From contig NC_042997.1 in assembly GCF_006345805.1 (NCBI RefSeq), positions 155,248,001-155,312,000 of the forward strand: a stretch of DNA of 64,000 nucleotides, written 5' to 3'. The notes beneath the pieces were generated by a model, which saw only the letters and a program-made list of their open reading frames with translations, was not told where the DNA came from and searched no databases. The DNA comes from Octopus sinensis. Its lineage: Eukaryota. The position numbers and the translations under genes are program-made. Each line of letters begins with the position of its first letter. Positions within the stretch are counted from its first letter, which is position 1. Positions 50,693 through 62,874 of the stretch are shown here, in pieces.

Positions 50693-53600
50693 GGAATTAC
50701 AACCGTGTTTCATGGTCTGCTACCACAACAGCTCCTTTATAAGATCCAGTTAGCTCAAGACATCATCACGAGCCACCACGTCCGGTTTCGGCCCCTACTC
50801 CTCTACCGTTTTGACGTGGCGAGGCTCCCTCTTTTGGAGGTGTCTTCAGCTCTGGTGTTGGGTGCATGTCTTCTTTCATCTGTTCCCTGGCCTCTTCGGT
50901 GTAGCGTCAACGAGTGTCAGCCGGCGACTGCCTGACTTGTCAAAATTTTCCCTTTAAATACCTGCCGCTAGGCTCCAGCAGGCAGCCCCAGCAAGTTGTC
51001 ACGTGACACTGTCTCAGCTTTAACTGACAAATGAAAACGCGTAGTCTTAGCCCACGAATTCTCTAAACGACCATCAAGAGAAAGAAAAGGAAAGTACATT
51101 AAAGGAAAGAGAAAAAACAGAACCAAGAGAAAGGAAAAGATGGTATGCAAAAAGGAAAAGAAACAACAAGAAAGGAACATAAGGCACAGGGTAGAGAGAC
51201 GACAGACAAAGAGCCAAAAAGACAAGAGAAGGAAAAAGAAAGAAGAGAAAGCAAAAAGAGAGAAAGAGAGGAGAAAAAAGAAGAAGTAAGTCCTAAGAGA
51301 AAATCTAGAGAAAATGCAGGTACGAATAGAAAATTCAAATACTATGGAACGTTGATCCATCACAGGCACTGTGAGGAGATGGAAGATTTAATAAACGTAA
51401 CAAATGGATATACGTGGGTCAGGATGGGCACCGAATAAAAAGAAACAGGTGCACTCGTCCACGAGAACAACGCTGAGGCGTTCATCGAGGCAGCTGGCAA
51501 GAACGTGTCAAAACATGAAATGCCGACTTACAAGATGGCCACGAACGATGGAAATTTACCAAGATTTGGTAGAGATAATGGAGTATATATAAAAGAAAAG
51601 GTATTGTGAAAACTTTAATTTGGAAATGATAAAAAGAACTTTAAATTCTGAAAAAAAAAAATGTTGAACTTTGTAAAATTTTTGAAATGTATGTTGAAAA
51701 TGTGTAAAATGTTTTTATTTGGAAAATATTCTTGACGAATAAAAAAAAATGACGAAATGTAACCGCTCGATTTCGGGGGTCGAGTGGGCATTACACAACA
51801 TTGTACAAACTTCATAATTCATTATTTTATTTTTCCCGATTGTATTGTCCCCTCTATGTTGCCCCTTGTGGGTAGGAATAAAACAATTCTCTAAACGACC
51901 ATTACCTGTCAGTCAGCGAAGCTAATTCAGTGTCAGCTTGTCTCACCTAGTGATGTTATTTCCCGCCAGCATGTTATGACTTTCAAGCCATTTTTGGTCT
52001 TCCCGCTTCAGCCATATATAGAAGCTGGCTTTTTCGACCGCCTCCTGTACTCTCCTTATTAGTTTTCGCAGCTCGGAGCTAGAAAAAACAAATCTTCTTT
52101 TGAATAGCATTGTCATTTTCCTTTCGATGAAGCCTCTAGCCCCCACTGCCAGGTAATAATACTCGACATTTCATCCCTATTATCTACACTCTTCGATTAG
52201 TTTTTCGTACCTCTTCTCCGTTCATTCCTCTGCATTGCCGATGTTCTCTTCCCATGGCACTGTCATTTCTAGCAAAATTCCTATTCTCCGTTCTCTGTTC
52301 CATAGGACTAAATCTGGTCTTTTTGTCGTTTTTGTTAGTGGAAATATTACTTGTCTTTCCAAATCTGTGGCCACCTCCCAGTATCCCTTCCATCTTTTGT
52401 CTATCTCGTATATTTTACTTGTAGGCCTGGTTTTATATCCTTTTCCCTCCTTCTGGAAGTATACTTTTCTGCGCTTTTCTACTTTTGGGTACTTTCCCCT
52501 ATTGCACCTCTTGATCTTCTCCTTGAGTGCTGCGCTTATGACGCTGAGGACTTGATTATGCCGCCATGTATATCTTTCTAGTGCTAGTCTGCAGTTTGAC
52601 AGAACATCTCTAATCGTCGCTTTCTCTCCGCATCTACACTCATCGGTTGTTTTTATGTTCCACCGGACTAAGTTCGCCGGTGAGGGTAGAACATTGAAGG
52701 TGGACTTGATCAGGAAGGATGTTCTTGCTTGTTCCCAAGTCCAAAGTTCCTTCCATGATATTCTGCGGCTGATTACATATTCCTCCCATCTCAGGCACTG
52801 TCCCTGTTGACTACATTGCACCAGATGTACATTTCACCTTTCTTCTTCCTCCTTTCTCACTTCGTATACCACTCCTATTTAATCTCTTTTATACTGCTCT
52901 TACAAAATGGCCTGAAATTTTGCGACCCTAGGCCGGCTCTTGCTTCTTGCGTCGCTCCGACTATATCTGCGTGCCTTAGTTTTCCGATTGCCCTGTTTAC
53001 TGCCTCTTCAGCCTTCCATTTCCTCCCTGTTCGTACCTTTGGAGGGTTTTCCCGGATGCTCTGATCTTTTGAATACCTTAGCATCATTACTGTCCTTGCC
53101 TTTCTTGCTTTATATTCTTCGGCGATTGATGTTATTGGTAGTTGCAGCACGAGTTTTCCATATAGTGCAGCTGTATTCAGTGGTTTCGGCAGACCAAGCC
53201 ATTTTCTGATAAACACACTGCATCTTTGTTCCATCCTTTCTATTCTACTCGAGTCTATTTCGTACATTTGCCATGGCCACATTATCCTTGGGTACAGCCC
53301 AAATTGCAGTATCCAACATTTGAATTTTCCCGGCAGCGTCGTTCTGTCAATTGCCTTTAATCCGTGTTCTACTAACTCGTGTGTTTCTTTTCTTTGCTTT
53401 TTATCATTTAATAATTCTCTATACCATCTGCCGAGACTCTTTACTGGTTGTTCTTTCACCGTTGGTATGTCTTCACTTCCTATCCTGAATTTTACTTCTT
53501 CTTGCATTCCTTTCACGAATGCCACGCTTCGAGATTTTTTGGCTTTGAATTTCATCCTTGCCCATCCTATCAGTTCGTCCAACCGCTCTAACTGCTTCTC

Positions 53601-53712
53601 TACTCTCTGATAATACAGTTACGTCGTCCATAAAAGCCCTCAATTGTGTCTTTGTAATAGCTTTCTCACAGTTTGTAGATCTAAGTAACATTTCCATGAC
53701 TAGCACGAATAA
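50693..53712 (-). mobile_element. 5'-truncated HERO/NeSL-type non-LTR retrotransposon (RT - zinc knuckle - RLE)
   Basis: LFVLVMEMLL...LRAFMDD; WARMKFKAKKSRS; GKFKCWILQFGLYPRIMWP; CRCG...C..AL.RYTWRHNQVL; RPDLVLW...LLEMTVPWEENI; GARGF. Several frameshifts. Possible TSD gagataga in a low-complexity context. Confidence 0.88.
51075..51884 (+). mobile_element. 810-bp retroposed insert in the HERO 3' UTR
   Basis: 18-bp TSD aattctctaaacgaccat (51057-51074 / 51885-51902). Lys/Glu-rich ORF-like 5' part. 3' tail ttgtcccctctatgttgccccttgtgggtaggaataaa. Confidence 0.8.
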
Positions 53713-54812
53713 GAGATAGACATACATAGAGGGAGATGAATAGAGAGATATAGACGCAAGAAAACTGGAAGTAAATATTTTAAAAACTTTTAAAGATGTG
53801 GATCTTATATAGAAAGCAATATTTAAAATTCTTTTTATAACCGATAGATGTACGGGAGACAATAAGTATCTGAAAGTTACTTTGCAAAGAGTTACCTCCC
53901 TTCTCCACGTAACCCAGGAACAGGTGTTTTCTGCCCCCAGGGGCCTGTTACTCATTATGTGGAAACTTTTAAGAGTCTAAAATCATCCTTGGAACACAAG
54001 TAACGTATGTTCCTAGTTTGGAGAAAATCAGTTGAAAATATAGTCATTATAATCTACACACACTCACACACAGAACAGGATTTATATTATATATATATGA
54101 CAGGCTTCTTTCAGTTTCTGTCTACCAAATCTACTCAAAAGGCTTTGGTCAACTTGAGGCTATAGCAGAAGACACTTGCCTAAGGTGCTACTTGGTGGGA
54201 CTGACCTCACAATCATGTGGTTTGGAAGCAAACTATGGGTGAACTAAGAATGTAAATACTTTGCTATTAATGAAAAAAATTGCCTTGGAATAACATAGAA
54301 AGAATATATCTACATCCTCAGTTTCTCCATAGAAAAGCTTTGTAATTCTTTTATTTGTTTCAGTCATTTGACTGTGGCCATGCTGGAACACTGCCTTTAG
54401 TCGAGTAAATTGACCCCAGAACTTTTTCTTTGTAAGCCTAGTACATATTCTATTGATCTCTTTTGCCAAACTGCTAAGTTACAGAGACGTAAACACAGCA
54501 ACCTCAGTTGTCAAACAATGGTTTGGGGGTGGAGTGGACAAACACAGACACACAAACATATACAAATATATATATATATTTAATATATATATATATGTAC
54601 GACAGGCTTCTTTCAGTTTCCGTCTACCAAATCCACTCACAAGGCTTTGGTCGGCCTGAGGCTATAGTAGAAGACACTTGCTCAAGGTGCCATGCAGTAG
54701 GACTAAACCCAGAACCATATGATTGGTAAGCAAGCTACTAACCACACAGCCACTCCTGTGCCTATATTTACATTTATTTGAGTTCTTGTGATTTATACTG
54801 TTGTGCTTAGTG

Positions 54813-54856
<44 letters not shown>

Positions 54857-56479
54857 GAGAGACAGAGAAAGATGCAAAATGAATCCAGTATCAAATGTGC
54901 CTAATTAAATATATACAATACTAATTTCTTTTGTCTAAACATTAATTTTTATCACCACCATCATCATTTAACGACAGTTTTCCATGCTGGCATGGATTGG
55001 ATGGTTTGACAGGAGCTGGCCTGTCAGAGAGCTGCACCAGACTCCAACTATCTGTTTTGGCATGGTTTCTACAGCTGGATGCCCTTCCTAACACCAACCA
55101 CTGTACAGAGTGTACTGGGTGCTTATTATGTGGAATCAGCACCAGTGCTATTACATGGCACCAGAACAGGTGCTTTTATGTGGCACCAGCACAGATGCTT
55201 TTCACATGGCACCAGCACGGGTGCTATTCACGTGACACTGGCATGTGGACTGGGTGATTCTTACATGGCATTGGCATAGGTGATTTTTTTATGTGACACT
55301 GGCACAGATGCTTTTTACATGGCACCGGCACAGGTGCTTTTCACGTGACACTGGCATGGGTGCTCTTTATGTGACATTTCCATGTTGAACCTATATTTCT
55401 CTGATTTTTCTGCATTTAATCACTGTAATTAGAATTCGTAGTATCGTTCCAGAGTTTATTCTAGTTATTCAGGTACTGAAGTGTTGAGAGAGATTTTTTT
55501 TGTCTGTAGGCACAGGAGTGGTTGTGTGATAAGTAGCTTGCTTACCAACCACGTGGTTCCGGGTTCATTCCCACTGCGTGGCACCTTGGGCAAGTGTCCT
55601 CTACTATAGCCTCGGGCTGACCAAAGCCTTGTGAGTGGATTTGATAAACAGAAACTGAAAGAAGCCTGTCGTATATATTTATATATATATATATGTATGT
55701 GTGTGTATATGTTTGTGTGTCTGTTTGTCCACCACCAACATCACTTGACAACTGATGCTGGTGTGTTTACGTCCCCGTAACTTAGCGGTTCGGCAAAAGA
55801 GACTGATAGAATAAGTACTAGGCTTACAAGGAATAAGTCCTGGGGCTGATTTGTTTGACTAAAGGCAGTGTTCCAGCATGGCCACAGTCATATGACTGAA
55901 ACAAGTAAAAGAGGAAAAGAGTATCAGTTGCCTACTTGTTGATAAGGTTTAGCTATGTCAGTTCTCGTCCAGTAGACTAATGATGAAAGCTATTCCAGCC
56001 ATGACCATCCATTTTTTTTTTTTTTACTTTCAAACGTAGTGTATCAAGGACTATTTTATAATATACTTTTGTTTTTGAGGTTGTGGAGTGTAGCATGAGG
56101 GTGGTTTTGCTACTATTTCTAGTAAGTTGAGTGATCACATAGAAATTCCATTCTAAGTTGTCTCCTTTTTGAGATTGTGGCATGTGGCTTAAAAATCACT
56201 GAAACCATGATCGTTTCATCTTCATTATTTTTAGATATAATGTATCTAGGATTACATTATCCAATGATCTGTTTTTTTCTAGATGTTAGGGTGATTTGAG
56301 AAAGGTTTGACTGCTTTATCTAATAGGTCAAATGACCACATAGACGTACCTTTGTTTGCTTAGTATATTGTAAGTTTTGGTTTTTGCCCTGAAAGCTACA
56401 GAAACATTTGTTAATAACACAATGCCTTTAGTCTTAACTAGTAATTTATCCTTTTCTTTGGTACCAATTTTATAATTAA

Positions 56480-56699
56480 CCCTTTCATAACCAACCCGGC
56501 TGAAACCAGCTCTGGCTCTGAGTACAAATGTCTTGTTTTCATAAGTTTTGAATTAAAATCTTCTACCAAACCTTAGTCACAATTTATGTTCCTAACACTA
56601 GCAGAATGATAACTAAGTTATTTTACTAAATTCTTTGTTATATTTAAAGTAATTGAAAGAAACACAGAGCATCTCAAAATAAATACAGTAACGAAAGGG
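56480..56699. mobile_element. piggyBac-like MITE
   Basis: TTAA|ccctttc ... gaaaggg|TTAA. Confidence 0.75.
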
Positions 56700-58197
56700 T
56701 TAAAAGAATTGGGTCATTGTGTTTGGATTTCTTTAATAGAGACATAACTCTGCACCAGTAACCAGAAGATTTGATCCAATGACCACTCCCAACTTCAGTT
56801 GATAATCTGAGATATTAACAATTCAATTGAATGAGATACTGTTGCTAATTCCATTCTCACCATAAATAAAGACTAATATGGACCAGAAGTGACAAAAAAA
56901 TGGGTTTGAATATGGCCGACACTCATACCTAGAAAAACAGAAAAGTTATAGAAGCTTCAGTGAAAATTTGAAACCAACAGAACCCTAGGAGACAAAGGCC
57001 TTCCCCCAGGGAAATATGTAATGTAGTGCAGCAAAATTTGAAAAGCTGCAGTATCATAAAACCAGTGATCCAACTGGAGAGAAAGGGAAAAGACAGCCTT
57101 GTCTCAAAACCAGTGGGGATGGGGTTGTTGGTGGCCTTTACTTATTAGGGATTGAAGGGCTTAAGTATACTAAATGATAAAGTTGATACAAATCAGGTTA
57201 TACCCTAAGCTGTTGTCTCTTAGCTTTTACTACCTTATTAACCATGTCATTCCACCATTGCATAACCTTCAGTTTATTTGTGATTTTGCTCCAGCCACAT
57301 GTCTGATATGTAGACCTAAGCAGATTATTTCATAAAAATTCCCAGTTGTTATTTATGCTACAGGTTTGTAAATTGTCTTTCAGTGCCCGTCTATCAAATC
57401 TAAACATAACATTTTGGTTGCTCAGGTGCTACAATGACACTTGTTCAAGGGGCCATTCAGAGTCATATGGTTGGAAAAATTTCTCAACCACACAGTTATG
57501 TCTGCACTTACAAATACACACACACATATATCAAGTAGTGGGAATCTAAATGGTTCTGGCAATTAACTTGGTTGTACTTTAATGTATATTTGGTTAATAA
57601 GGTTCTCAGAAAGATATACTCAATGAGCATGAATACATTGGGCCCCCAATATGTTCGTGTGCACACATATACATAGAAACATCTGTTGGATTTCTATCAA
57701 ACAAATTCCACTCTACTCTGAAGACTTTGGCCAACATGGAGTTAAAGGGGAAAACACTTGCCCAAAGACCTATGCAGTGGGATCAAACCTGAAGCCACAT
57801 GACCGCTAAGCAAACTTCTTGATTTCAACAGAAGTAGGGGTAAGCACTGTTGTTTTGATCGTATATTAATGCAAGTAGAGGTAGTGATAGCAAAATATAT
57901 AGTCTAAGTATTATAGAAGATGATTGGGGAGTAACTGCTTCTATTGATGACGAAGGGCTTGACTGTGTGCAGCAGCCCCACAAAGGTTAGACTCCAAGTA
58001 ATCACTGGTATTCATTTTAAGCTGAGTAATATAGAGGGACAGAGATGAGAACCTCATAAGAATAACTGATCATCCACAAAAAGAAACATTAGAATTTAAA
58101 CTTATTTTATCAATACAGAATAGATTATAGATTGCAAACTCACTGTCTGCCTTTGATAAACAAAATCCCCAAATCATCAAATAATGCAATATTTATA

Positions 58198-58208
58198 TTT
58201 ATTTTATT
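58198..58208 (-). terminator. Candidate polyadenylation signals (two overlapping AATAAA) ending a ~1.7 kb 3' UTR of the cupin-like gene
   Basis: Plus-strand tttatt at 58198 and 58203. The stretch 58080-59870 is largely free of the SINEs that crowd its flanks. Confidence 0.35.
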
Positions 58209-59870
58209 TCAAAGACTGATAATAAATAAATAAATAAAGATGTTGAAGCAATACACAATGATACAAGAAGCATACAAAGGGCAAGTAAAATATTATTACA
58301 AAGAAATTAGGACAATGAACTTTGATGTGACTAAGATGAACTTTTAACATAGAAAGAAAATCTATTTAGTTACGTTCTTTCTAATTTTCTATTGCTTTTT
58401 TAAAAAGTGTGTACATTTACTTCTGACAAAAAGAAGACTGTCTAATATTGCTTAAATTAAACTTCCATTTTAATTAAAATAAAAAAATTAATATGAATTT
58501 AAGATGAAGAAAAATGGTTTCAAAGTCCATTGTACAAGAATGGACTGAAACAAATTTTACATATTATGAATAATTCTTGAAATATTCTCTAAATATTCTC
58601 GAAAAGGACTACAGCAAAAGAAAAAAATAAGAGAAATTACTGATAGGAATCGATGTGCTTAATATTAGTTTACAGTTAATATGTACTTTAACTTATCCCA
58701 ATTGGTTACTCTGTTTTGTTCAATCTGGCTGAGGGGCTCATAGTAGTTTCCTGTCATTAGCACACCATTATATACATGGTGAAAACTTTTAACACTTAAA
58801 ACAAAAAAAAAAAAAGGCTTTAACCAATCTTCAGCGGTTCAGTTTGTTGCCACAACTAAAGTATGTTTTGATTTAATCCTTCCAAGAGAGTAGCTTTGAG
58901 AGGTTGTACCTTCCTTAAACAATCCTACACAAGATACACTAAATGAAGACGAAATATTTAAGTGGTGCCTTATGTGTCAATAGTTCATGATAACCAGTTA
59001 TAAAATACTTAGATTTGTATCTATTAGAAAATAGAAGTTAAGAATAATACTAACTATAGTATAAGAATAAATATAACAAAATTTATAATAGTTAATGCAA
59101 TACAATATAGGTTGATACTAAGTGAAACTTTTTTAACTTAGTAGTAACTAAAAGAATTTTTAAAAAAGTTAAAAACTTATTATAAAAAGAGATATAAACC
59201 TAATATAAACTATATACACAAAACCGTGAAATAAATTCAATAATCTACAAAATTAGAAATATTGCATTTCTAAATTTCTCAGAGAGATTCATAGATTCAT
59301 ACAGTAGCGCCATGATAAGGTGATGTTATGCTGCCAATTTAATGTGGCAGTCCCATGAAAGGGAAGAATGCTACTGCTATTTAGCCCTAGGAAACAACAT
59401 TTCCAGTTAGCCGTGACACATTTTCTCTGTCCTTATGTTTTCAAAGGGGGAGATAAGCACCTCCACCCTCATTATGTTGGCAACATAACATCACCTTATA
59501 TATATATATATATGTATATATATATCTCCAATACCTATATATTAAAACTATGCACTAAAATTATAAAATTTATATAACTTAATAGGAATTACACTTTAAA
59601 GAGAAAAAATGCTTCAAAATACTTCTGTTGAAATATGGAAAAGAAATTGTAAAAAACACCTAAAGTATTGTATTTTTAACACAAAGCCACAGTTGCATAT
59701 ACGACAAAACAACAGAAAGGTAACATCACAATAGTAAATTCCAGACAAGAATTCTGAAGTAGTTCTTGTCTGTTTTTTTCTTTTTTCTTCAGTTTTGAAA
59801 TAATTGAAAAGTTCCGTTATGAAGTAGAGTGTCCGATAGAAATCCAATTGTCTTCAATCGAAATGGAATG

Positions 59871-59968
59871 TTAGAATCGATCAAAATTTGCTCCAATACC
59901 AACAGAAAGATTTTCTTCCTCCTCTGATGGCAGATATTCCATAGACCATATGAATGGTACGAATAATA
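59871..59968 (-). CDS. Terminal coding exon of the same cupin/JmjC-like protein
   Basis: Acceptor ttttatttctttttCAG. Joining T|TA gives LLFVPFIWSMEYLPSEEEENLSVGIGANFDRF*. The junction peptide L..GEILLFVP..W resembles the C-terminal cupin/JmjC strand pattern. Confidence 0.75.
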
Positions 59969-60078
59969 CTGAAAAAGAAATAAAATAGAGTTAAACTTGA
60001 AACAAAGCAACATAGTTTCGTTTTGGGATTTGGTTTGCAAGATTCTTTATATGAGTTCGTGTTTTGAAGCATATTCTA

Positions 60079-60206
60079 TTGTGTCTGGGGAGAGTCATTT
60101 TCTTTTTGTGCCTTAGGAAAATAAAAATAAGAAATAAGTGGAAATTTTACTGGTGAGTGTCTGACAATATAAGACACAAAAAGAAAATGACTCTCCCCAG
60201 ACACAA
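60079..60206. repeat. Inverted repeat: 37-bp arms (1 mismatch), 54-nt loop
   Basis: ttgtgtctggggagagtcattttctttttgtgcctta versus taagacacaaaaagaaaatgactctccccagacacaa. Confidence 0.9.
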
Positions 60207-60899
60207 CAGAAAGCAAAATAGATTTCTTTATTAAGTCACAGAGGGACAATACAATGTAGAATTTTCCTTTTGAAAACCGATCGATAGGGATCGAAAATGT
60301 TTTGGGATGTTACACAAAGAGATAACACGGTAACTTTTTAACAACAGAAATTCCCAAAAGGGGGAGAAGATATAACACTGACTAGGGTTATCCATGGTAA
60401 GAAAAGGTAACTTCAGAAAAAAAACCATGATAGTTATTGTTTTATAAGTTCATGCTCAAATAAACAAAAGCAACATAATCGTTATTTCATCTCGAAATTA
60501 AAATTACGAGTTACCTCCCTTGACATTAAAAATTAAGAACGAAGAAAAAATTTAGATGAGAAATTCATTTCCAAATCAGCTGTCATAACTAGGTTAGGAA
60601 TATGTAACACGATAGTAAAAACATCATTTGAAAAGCTATTATCTAGTTGTCGGAGCACTGCATCCTTCAAAACTTCCATGCTTTCTGAGATTAGCCAACA
60701 CTACACCTGATTTTCTCCCCTCCATACACACACAAGCATGTATCTGACTCATACATTGTTTGCTTTCCAGACATTTGTACATTACTGCATATACTTTATA
60801 CGCACTTTCTGACAAGTTGTGGTGCATCTGAGCACTGTATACAATAATTTTATTATTATTATAATGGTGATGATGATGATGATGATCCTTTCTACTAAA

Positions 60900-61450
60900 A
60901 GATCAAGACAGGAAATTTATACTGACCCCAGTGCTCAACTGTACTTATTTCATTGATCCCCAAAAGGATGAAAGGCAAGGTTGACCTTGGCAGAATTTGA
61001 ACTTAGTAAGAATGACAATATTGGCTTCAAGTTTTAGCACAAGGACAGCATTTTCAGGGCAGGATAAGTCAGTTACACTGGCCTCAGTGCTCAGCTGGTA
61101 CTTATTTTATCAACCCTAAAAGGACGAAAGGCAAAGTGGTGGAATTTGAATTCAAAATTTAAAGACAGATGCAACACTGTTAAGCATTTTGCCTGGCACG
61201 CTAACAATTCTGCCAACTCACCACCTCACTAATAATTCTTTCTACTATAGGCATAAGGGCTGAAATTTGGGAGAGGGGACTTGTTGATTACATTGAGCCC
61301 AGTGCTCAACCGGTACTTATTTTATCAAGCCAAACAGGACGAAAGGCAAAGTTGACCTCATTGGAGTTAGAACTCAGAATGTGAAGACAGAAGAATACCA
61401 CTTAGAATTTTGTCTATCCAGCACGGTAACAATTCTGCCAGCTCACTACC
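60900..61450 (-). mobile_element. Cluster of three older family A-like SINE copies
   Basis: Repeated ccccagtgctcaactggtactt...gaaaggcaaagttgacc...aatttgaactc segments. Confidence 0.7.
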
Positions 61451-61677
61451 TTAGAAATAATGATAGTATTAATCATGAGCTTATTGTATACAGCGCTCAG
61501 GTGCACTACAAATTGTCAGAGAAGAGCAAAAGAGGGGTTCAAAAAATAGCATTAAATCAAGTATAGAAAGACAAAAATGAAAGCTAAAAGTACAAACACA
61601 GTACACAGAATAAACTACAAAAAGACAGTAAAAAGAACAATAAAAGAATCATAAAGAGGGAAAGGTGCATAGACCTG

Positions 61678-61900
61678 CTAGGTGTGGTGTTGGTGAATTT
61701 TAAGTATGGAATTTTTGAAGGATGCAATGCCCTGACAACTAACATTCAACAGGGATAGTTTATTCCATATTTGGAAAATTCTGAGCATGACAAATATTTC
61801 ATCTTGTGGTTTTATAAGCACATTAGATTCAAAAATGTAACCAAAGTTGTTGAAAAGATTGTGGATAATCTTGAAGGCTTCAACCAAATCAGCTACTAGA
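61678..61900 (-). mobile_element. CR1/L2-type LINE 3' coding end
   Basis: DLVEAFKIIH...QIWNKLS...IASFKNSI, the typical end of CR1/L2 ORF2. Lies in the last intron of the cupin-like gene. Confidence 0.65.
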
Positions 61901-62036
61901 CATCAAAGTTTTACTGTGTCAACGCCCACAGAAGCATATGTGTGTGTACTTTATCACAATTTTCTTTTCTTTTTATATCTGAGCATATGTTATAGACTTT
62001 TCATATTTTACATGGAGCAATTGACATGATACTTAC

Positions 62037-62166
62037 AAATTTCTCCTTCATCGAGGATACCATTCAGAACAGGGCACAGATTACCGCAAGGGTTTTTGGG
62101 GCTAAGCTGAAAATTTATCTGACCTTTTGCTTGAATTAGGATAATTAATGTTGACTTGATATCAAT
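62037..62166 (-). CDS. Penultimate coding exon of an uncharacterised cupin/JmjC-like protein
   Basis: Acceptor tttctatttCAG, donor GTAAGT. Only one open frame: IDIKSTLIILIQAKGQINFQLSPKNPCGNLCPVLNGILDEGEI+T (130 nt). Phase is compatible with the exon at 59968. Confidence 0.8.
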
Positions 62167-62494
62167 CTGAAATAGAAATTAAAATCAATATGATAAAACA
62201 CAAAAATAAAACTAGATACATCGAATATATCAATGTGCTTTGAATTTGGCAGGTTCTAAGAGATTAAACTATAGAACTGTAGGGATATACATACACCATA
62301 AATAAACAGAAGGTTTTTCTGATCATCTGGTTGTTTTTGCTTGGGTTTGCCTGACTCAATCGAGCCACCCATAACAATACTGCATAACATTCATTTAGTT
62401 AGCAAGACAACATCCTTTATCTATCCAAAGTTGGTTGATGAAGGATTTTGCTGGATGGGTGAGCTATGTATATCCATGTCAGTGTCTCCATTAG

Positions 62495-62874
62495 CTGACC
62501 AGAAGAGAATTAATGTATTCGAGCTTTGGTATTGGAGAAGACTTTTACGGATTCCATGGACAGTGAGGCTCACCAATGGAGAAGTTCTTAACCAGATCAG
62601 GCCGAAACTGTCGCTAAAAGATAGGATCACCAAGCATAGATTGACATATTTTGATATTATGCGGAGAAAATCCCTAGAGAAGGACATCATGCTTGGAATG
62701 GTCAGTGGCAAGAGAGGAAGAGGCCGACCAAGAACCCGCTGGCTCGACACCATCAAGAGTGATACCGGAATCGACATAGCCAATCTGAAAGAAGCAGCCC
62801 AGGATAGAACTGGCTGGAGGACACTGATCCATCGAGTAACCGAGAGTCAACTTCGACTGAGTGGATAGATAGTA
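62495..62874 (+). mobile_element. 5'-truncated RTE (BovB-like) LINE
   Basis: KRINVFELWYWRRLLRIPWT...SLEKDIMLGMVSGKRGRGRPRTRWLD...QDRTGWR; 11-bp TSD gtctccattag (62484-62494 / 62875-62885). Confidence 0.9.

Larger units (their letters stand above)
49249..54030 (-). mobile_element. Second internally deleted Helitron, interrupted by a LINE
   Basis: Minus-strand 3' end cctgggcaacgccgggtatttctgCTAG|T at 49249. ORF 49629-49934 (HCKARKLPRETHALCCSGRKVKLP...IRQYNAAQQMTSFG). 5' part resumes at 53713-54030; 5' end approximate. Confidence 0.8.

Noticed and set aside
50780-50870. Hammerhead-like CTGAAGA ... GAAAC in the HERO 3' UTR (minus strand)
   Set aside because: Helix II does not close (C opposite C) and no helix I pairing was found.
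59789-59968. Alternative frame YYSYHSYGLWNICHQ... resembling the claudin GLW..C motif
   Set aside because: Incompatible with the phase of the upstream exon at 62037, which selects the ...EEEENLSVGIGANFDRF frame.
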